Of a DNA stretch of 64,000 nt, positions 60,385 to 64,000 are shown piece after piece. The notes beneath the pieces are model-generated. The model saw nothing but the letters and a program-made list of their open reading frames with translations, did not search any database and was not told where the DNA came from. Position 1 is the first letter of the stretch; the number at the start of each line of letters is the position of its first letter. The stretch covers positions 176 through 64,175 of the forward strand of contig JAGWVF010000006.1 of assembly GCA_018971045.1 (NCBI GenBank). Reading direction: 5' to 3'. The position numbers and the translations under genes were made by a program. Source of the stretch: Patescibacteria group bacterium (lineage in GTDB: Bacteria; Patescibacteriota; Minisyncoccia; Phycocordibacterales; Phycocordibacteraceae).

Positions 60385-62616
60385 CTAGAAAGAGTCTTCG
60401 CCCGCGTCGTCCGCAGGGACCGCGGGCGCGTGGCCGCTCTTGCTTAATATCTCGCGCGGCTTCGATCCGTCGGCCGGGCCGATAACGCCGTGCGCCTCGA
60501 GAACGTCCATCAGCCGCGCCGCGCGCGAATAACCGATCTTCAGTTTCCGCTGAAGATAAGACGTCGAGGCGCGCCCGGCTTCTTCGACGGCGGCGCGCGC
60601 ATTCTCATAGAGATCGTCGTCAATGTCGTCGTCGTCAAACTCTCCGTTTACGAGGCCGATGACGTCGTTTGGTTCGGCGCCGACCGAAACGCCGTTGCCG
60701 CCGAGATCGATGCTCGAGAGATCGCCCGCGTTGTGGCTCCGGATATAGCTCACCACCTTCTTCACTTCGCCTTCGCTGATAAACGCGGTTTGAAGCCGGA
60801 CCGGCTTCTGCATATCGCTCGAGAGATAGAGCATGTCGCCGGCGCCGAGCAACGTCTCTGCGCCCGAACCGTCGAGGATCGTTCTCGAATCGATCTGGGA
60901 CGCGACCTGAAGCGCCAGACGCGTCGGCACGTTCGCTTTGATAAGCCCGGTGATGACATTAACCGACGGACGCTGGGTCGAGAGGATGAGGTGGATACCG
61001 ACCGCGCGCGACATTTGGGCGAGGCGGACGATCGAGGCTTCAAGCTCGCGCGGGAAGCTGTGCATGATATCGGCGAGTTCGTCGATGACGATGACGATGA
61101 AGGGAAGCGCTTCCGGGAGTTCGTCGCGGCCGCTCTTCTTCGCCGGTTCGTACACGCTCGTATGGTACGAATCAATGTCGCGAACGTGTTCGGCTTCGAG
61201 AATATTGTAGCGGCGCTCCATCTCTTTGGCGGCCCACTTCAAGGAGAGGATAGTCTTCTTCGGATCGGTGATGACCGGCGTGAGGAGATGAGGGATGCCG
61301 TTATACGCGGTGAGTTCGACGCGCTTCGGGTCGATCATAATGAATCGCAATTGGTTTGGGCCGTTTCGATAGAGAAGGGAGGTTATGAGCGCGTGGATAG
61401 AGACTGACTTTCCCGATCCGGTCGCGCCGGCGACGAGTCCGTGCGGCATCTTCGCGACGTTCACGTAGTGCGGCGTGCCCGCGATATCGCGGCCAAGCGC
61501 GGCGAGGAGAGGTTTCGCGCTCTGTTCCCACTCGGGCGTCGAGAGGAGGCCGCCGAGGCCGACCATCGCCTTGACCGTGTTCGGCACCTCGATGCCGACG
61601 AGAGACTTCCCCGGAATCGGCGCTTCGATGCGGACCGGATGCGCGGCGAGGGCGAGCTCGAGATTGTTCGCGAGCGAGACGATCTTCGACAAGCGCACGC
61701 CCTCGGCCGGCTTCACGGCATAGCGGGTAACCGTGGGGCCGACTGACACCTCGTCCATCTCGAGGTGGATGCCGAAGTTCTGAAACGTGCGCTTGATGAT
61801 ATTCGCATTGGCCTTGATGTCGCCGACGCCCGGTTTCCCGCGATCGGCGCCAAGGATCGACAATGGAGGCGGATCATATTCCGCATCGAAGTTTGCAATT
61901 CCGGAAGAGCGTTTCTCGGTATTATTGACGGACGGGCGATTAAACATCGTTACGATCGGTTCCTGTTCTTGCGGCACGGCCTCTCCGGCGGCCGGCTCTT
62001 CGCCGTCAAGAGATTCCTGTTCTTCTTCTTGTTCTGGAACGCCGACAACGCCGGTGTCTGGAAACAGCGTCTTCTCACGCCGTGCACGAAGCCGGTCCCA
62101 GAGCGCGCGCGACTTCTCCCCGAGATAGTTGCCGATTACTTCGATATCAGTCACGATCGCCACGCCGATCGCGATTACGGCCACGAGAAGCACGAGCGCT
62201 CCCCAAAAGCCGAAAAATTGAGACAGCATCCGCCCTTCCCAATTGCCGGCGACGCCCCCGAACTGCGCGTCCGGGAAGAGGCCGGCGAATGCGAGCACCG
62301 AGGCAGAGAGGATCAAGACGCCCGAGGCCGTGAGCGGTTCAAGTGCCGGCCGGCCGAATCCGGCATAGAAGCCCACCGAGAGAAGCGCGATCGGCAGAAG
62401 AAATGCGCCGATGCCGACTATCGCGTAGCTCGCCGAGAAGATCGCGGCCCCTACGGGGCCCGCTCCGCCAAAGAGGGCAAGCGTGAAGAGGATTCCGGCG
62501 GCGATGAGAATAATCGCCGTCGCGTATCGGATCAGCGTATCGTATTCGCGCACCTCTTCATCTCGAGAGCGCGGACGACCTCGTTCGCCACGCCGCTTTC
62601 CGGTACCTCGACTCAT
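60385..62616 (-). CDS. ftsK: DNA translocase FtsK/SpoIIIE
   Basis: 4TM N-terminus, GPTVTRY, AGATGSGKS, IDPKRVEL, IDELAD, TQRPSV, gamma domain STSYLQRKLKIGYSRAARL; start at MSRGTG. Confidence 0.95.
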   Translation of the reverse strand: MSRGTGKRRGERGRPRSRDEEVREYDTLIRYATAIILIAAGILFTLALFGGAGPVGAAIFSASYAIVGIGAFLLPIALLSVGFYAGFGRPALEPLTASGVLILSASVLAFAGLFPDAQFGGVAGNWEGRMLSQFFGFWGALVLLVAVIAIGVAIVTDIEVIGNYLGEKSRALWDRLRARREKTLFPDTGVVGVPEQEEEQESLDGEEPAAGEAVPQEQEPIVTMFNRPSVNNTEKRSSGIANFDAEYDPPPLSILGADRGKPGVGDIKANANIIKRTFQNFGIHLEMDEVSVGPTVTRYAVKPAEGVRLSKIVSLANNLELALAAHPVRIEAPIPGKSLVGIEVPNTVKAMVGLGGLLSTPEWEQSAKPLLAALGRDIAGTPHYVNVAKMPHGLVAGATGSGKSVSIHALITSLLYRNGPNQLRFIMIDPKRVELTAYNGIPHLLTPVITDPKKTILSLKWAAKEMERRYNILEAEHVRDIDSYHTSVYEPAKKSGRDELPEALPFIVIVIDELADIMHSFPRELEASIVRLAQMSRAVGIHLILSTQRPSVNVITGLIKANVPTRLALQVASQIDSRTILDGSGAETLLGAGDMLYLSSDMQKPVRLQTAFISEGEVKKVVSYIRSHNAGDLSSIDLGGNGVSVGAEPNDVIGLVNGEFDDDDIDDDLYENARAAVEEAGRASTSYLQRKLKIGYSRAARLMDVLEAHGVIGPADGSKPREILSKSGHAPAVPADDAGEDSF

Positions 62617-62716
62617 AATGTAAAGCATTGTACCACTGCCATGCGGAGAGCGTGAGATAAGGAGATCGACAATGACTTGCGAGTCCTCCTCAAGGACGTA
62701 TACTGTCTCATACGAT

Positions 62717-63520
62717 ATGAAACAAGGACAATCATTTCTAGGACACACGACAGATGTCCGTAATGTCGTGATGAAGGGAAAGATATCCAATAATGAAGAT
62801 TTTGTCTTAGAAAAAAGCATATTCAATAACGTATTTGAAAAAGACATACGTCGAGTATTTATATACAAGAAGACAGAACGCCTCGCCAAAGCCCTGCATC
62901 TTATCGCGCCGGCTTTTCGCGGCGCAGACGCGCTCCACGATCGGATCATCGCGATCGGCATCCGCATCGTTGACGCGGCAATACGCTCGTCGGAAGACGC
63001 CCGTACGGAACTCGCGCGCGAACTGCTCGCATTATCGAGCGTATTATCGGTCGCTCGCACGAGCGGACTCCTCTCGCCTATGAATGCCGATCTCATCGCG
63101 CGCGAGACGCACCTGCTCTTGCAGGAGATTGCTGAATATGAAGAACCACGCCTCACGCTTGACGAGACGCCGACGCTTGCCGGCCTCGTGAAAGAAGCAG
63201 TGAAGCAGGACAGCATCGCTCACGCCTCATCCGCCGCTCCGCGGCGTCCGGCATCCCAGCGCTCTCCGCACATCGGCGCGGGGGAGCCGTCGAAGCATAT
63301 AAAGGACATTTCTCACGTAAAAGACAACAACGTCAGCGAGAGACGAGAAGCGATATTGTCCGTTATAAAGAATAAGCGACAGGTGAGAATAAAGGACATT
63401 TCGGCGCATATTCGCAACGTCTCGGAAAAGACTATTCAGCGCGAACTGCTCACGCTCATTGAACTCGGCGTTGTGAAGAAGGAAGGAGAGCGCCGCTGGA
63501 GCGTTTATTCTCTCGCATAA
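62717..63520 (+). CDS. Conserved CPR protein with C-terminal DeoR-like HTH
   Basis: YKKTERLA.AL N-terminal bundle; IKDIS.....VSEKTIQREL..L...G....GERRWS.Y. Confidence 0.8.
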   Translation: MKQGQSFLGHTTDVRNVVMKGKISNNEDFVLEKSIFNNVFEKDIRRVFIYKKTERLAKALHLIAPAFRGADALHDRIIAIGIRIVDAAIRSSEDARTELARELLALSSVLSVARTSGLLSPMNADLIARETHLLLQEIAEYEEPRLTLDETPTLAGLVKEAVKQDSIAHASSAAPRRPASQRSPHIGAGEPSKHIKDISHVKDNNVSERREAILSVIKNKRQVRIKDISAHIRNVSEKTIQRELLTLIELGVVKKEGERRWSVYSLA

Positions 63521-63668
63521 ATTGACAGCGAGCGAGTCTTTAAAAACGGCTCAAAACGGTTTTGACGCGGCCGGATCGATTTGCTAAGGTAGGGGGGTGG
63601 TAGCAGTTGGGTCAGAAGGGTAGAAAAAGGCCGGCGACGGTCTCTTTTGCGCGCTTAATTGCTCATTG

Positions 63669-63677
63669 TTATCCACA
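63669..63677 (+). promoter_or_regulatory. Single consensus DnaA box in long intergenic region
   Basis: TTATCCACA. Confidence 0.3.
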
Positions 63678-63929
63678 CGTTCGTAGCGAGAGCGAGCCGC
63701 TTCGCTATATACTGAGTGAGTCCTTGCGGCGTTCGTTTATCTTGCGAAAACGGATCCGAGAAGGGCGTACTTTGATAACTGAATAGTTCGCCGTACGGCG
63801 AACAGCAATCCTTGCCAACTAATCCATGGCGCACAGGTCGATACCGTGCGCTGTGGGATAGTGTGAAAGTGAACGTGCGGTATACAGTGCGACCAACTTG
63901 ATTATTATGTGCGTCTAAAATTCTTAACA

Positions 63930-64000
63930 ATGGAAAATGTAACTACTAAAGCGATCGCGAAGGTCGCGGCGGTGGCGACCGGACTCGCGATGGCGACGTC
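63930..64000 (+). CDS. N-terminus (signal peptide) of a secreted/surface protein, truncated by window end
   Basis: MENVTTKAIAKVAAVATGLAMAT, basic then hydrophobic signal-like sequence. Confidence 0.65.
   Translation, partial: MENVTTKAIAKVAAVATGLAMAT

Noticed and set aside
62617-63216. 943-aa FtsK with long N-terminal extension (ORF track 60385..63216)
   Set aside because: The extension is antisense to the real + strand HTH gene; FtsK start placed at 62616.

Overview
A 64 kb chromosomal segment of a Patescibacteria (CPR) bacterium, most likely Parcubacteria of the Kaiserbacteria-like type. This is inferred from tRNA-Arg(GCG), rplK without rplA, short GAD-less AspRS, pilMNO-like genes and typical CPR hypothetical families; the standard genetic code is used. 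The right half (about 32-64 kb) is mostly core: uppS, rplS, secE-nusG-rplK, thyX/dcd/glyA, argS, ileS, recO, glyQS, metG, tatD, rpsF-ssb-rpsR, efp, recA and ftsK, with a small island carrying a membrane-anchored nirK. Seven tRNA genes are present. The region between tRNA-Arg(TCT) (9.0 kb) and tRNA-Leu(CAG) (32.1 kb) is an AT-richer accessory mosaic. It contains four pairs of direct repeats (25, ~121, 48 and 48 bp) that abut or duplicate gene 3' ends. It also holds an interrupted aminotransferase / PaaK-like ligase / 2x TrmB / nitroreductase / ThiF / 7TM-histidine-kinase locus, a candidate signal synthesis-and-sensing system. Other cargo includes a Zn-protein / non-canonical GTP cyclohydrolase II / NMP kinase operon and an Acb1-like 2H phosphodiesterase. 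An unannotated structured element or small ORF lies between argS and ileS. All family calls come from motif recognition by eye; no database search was run.
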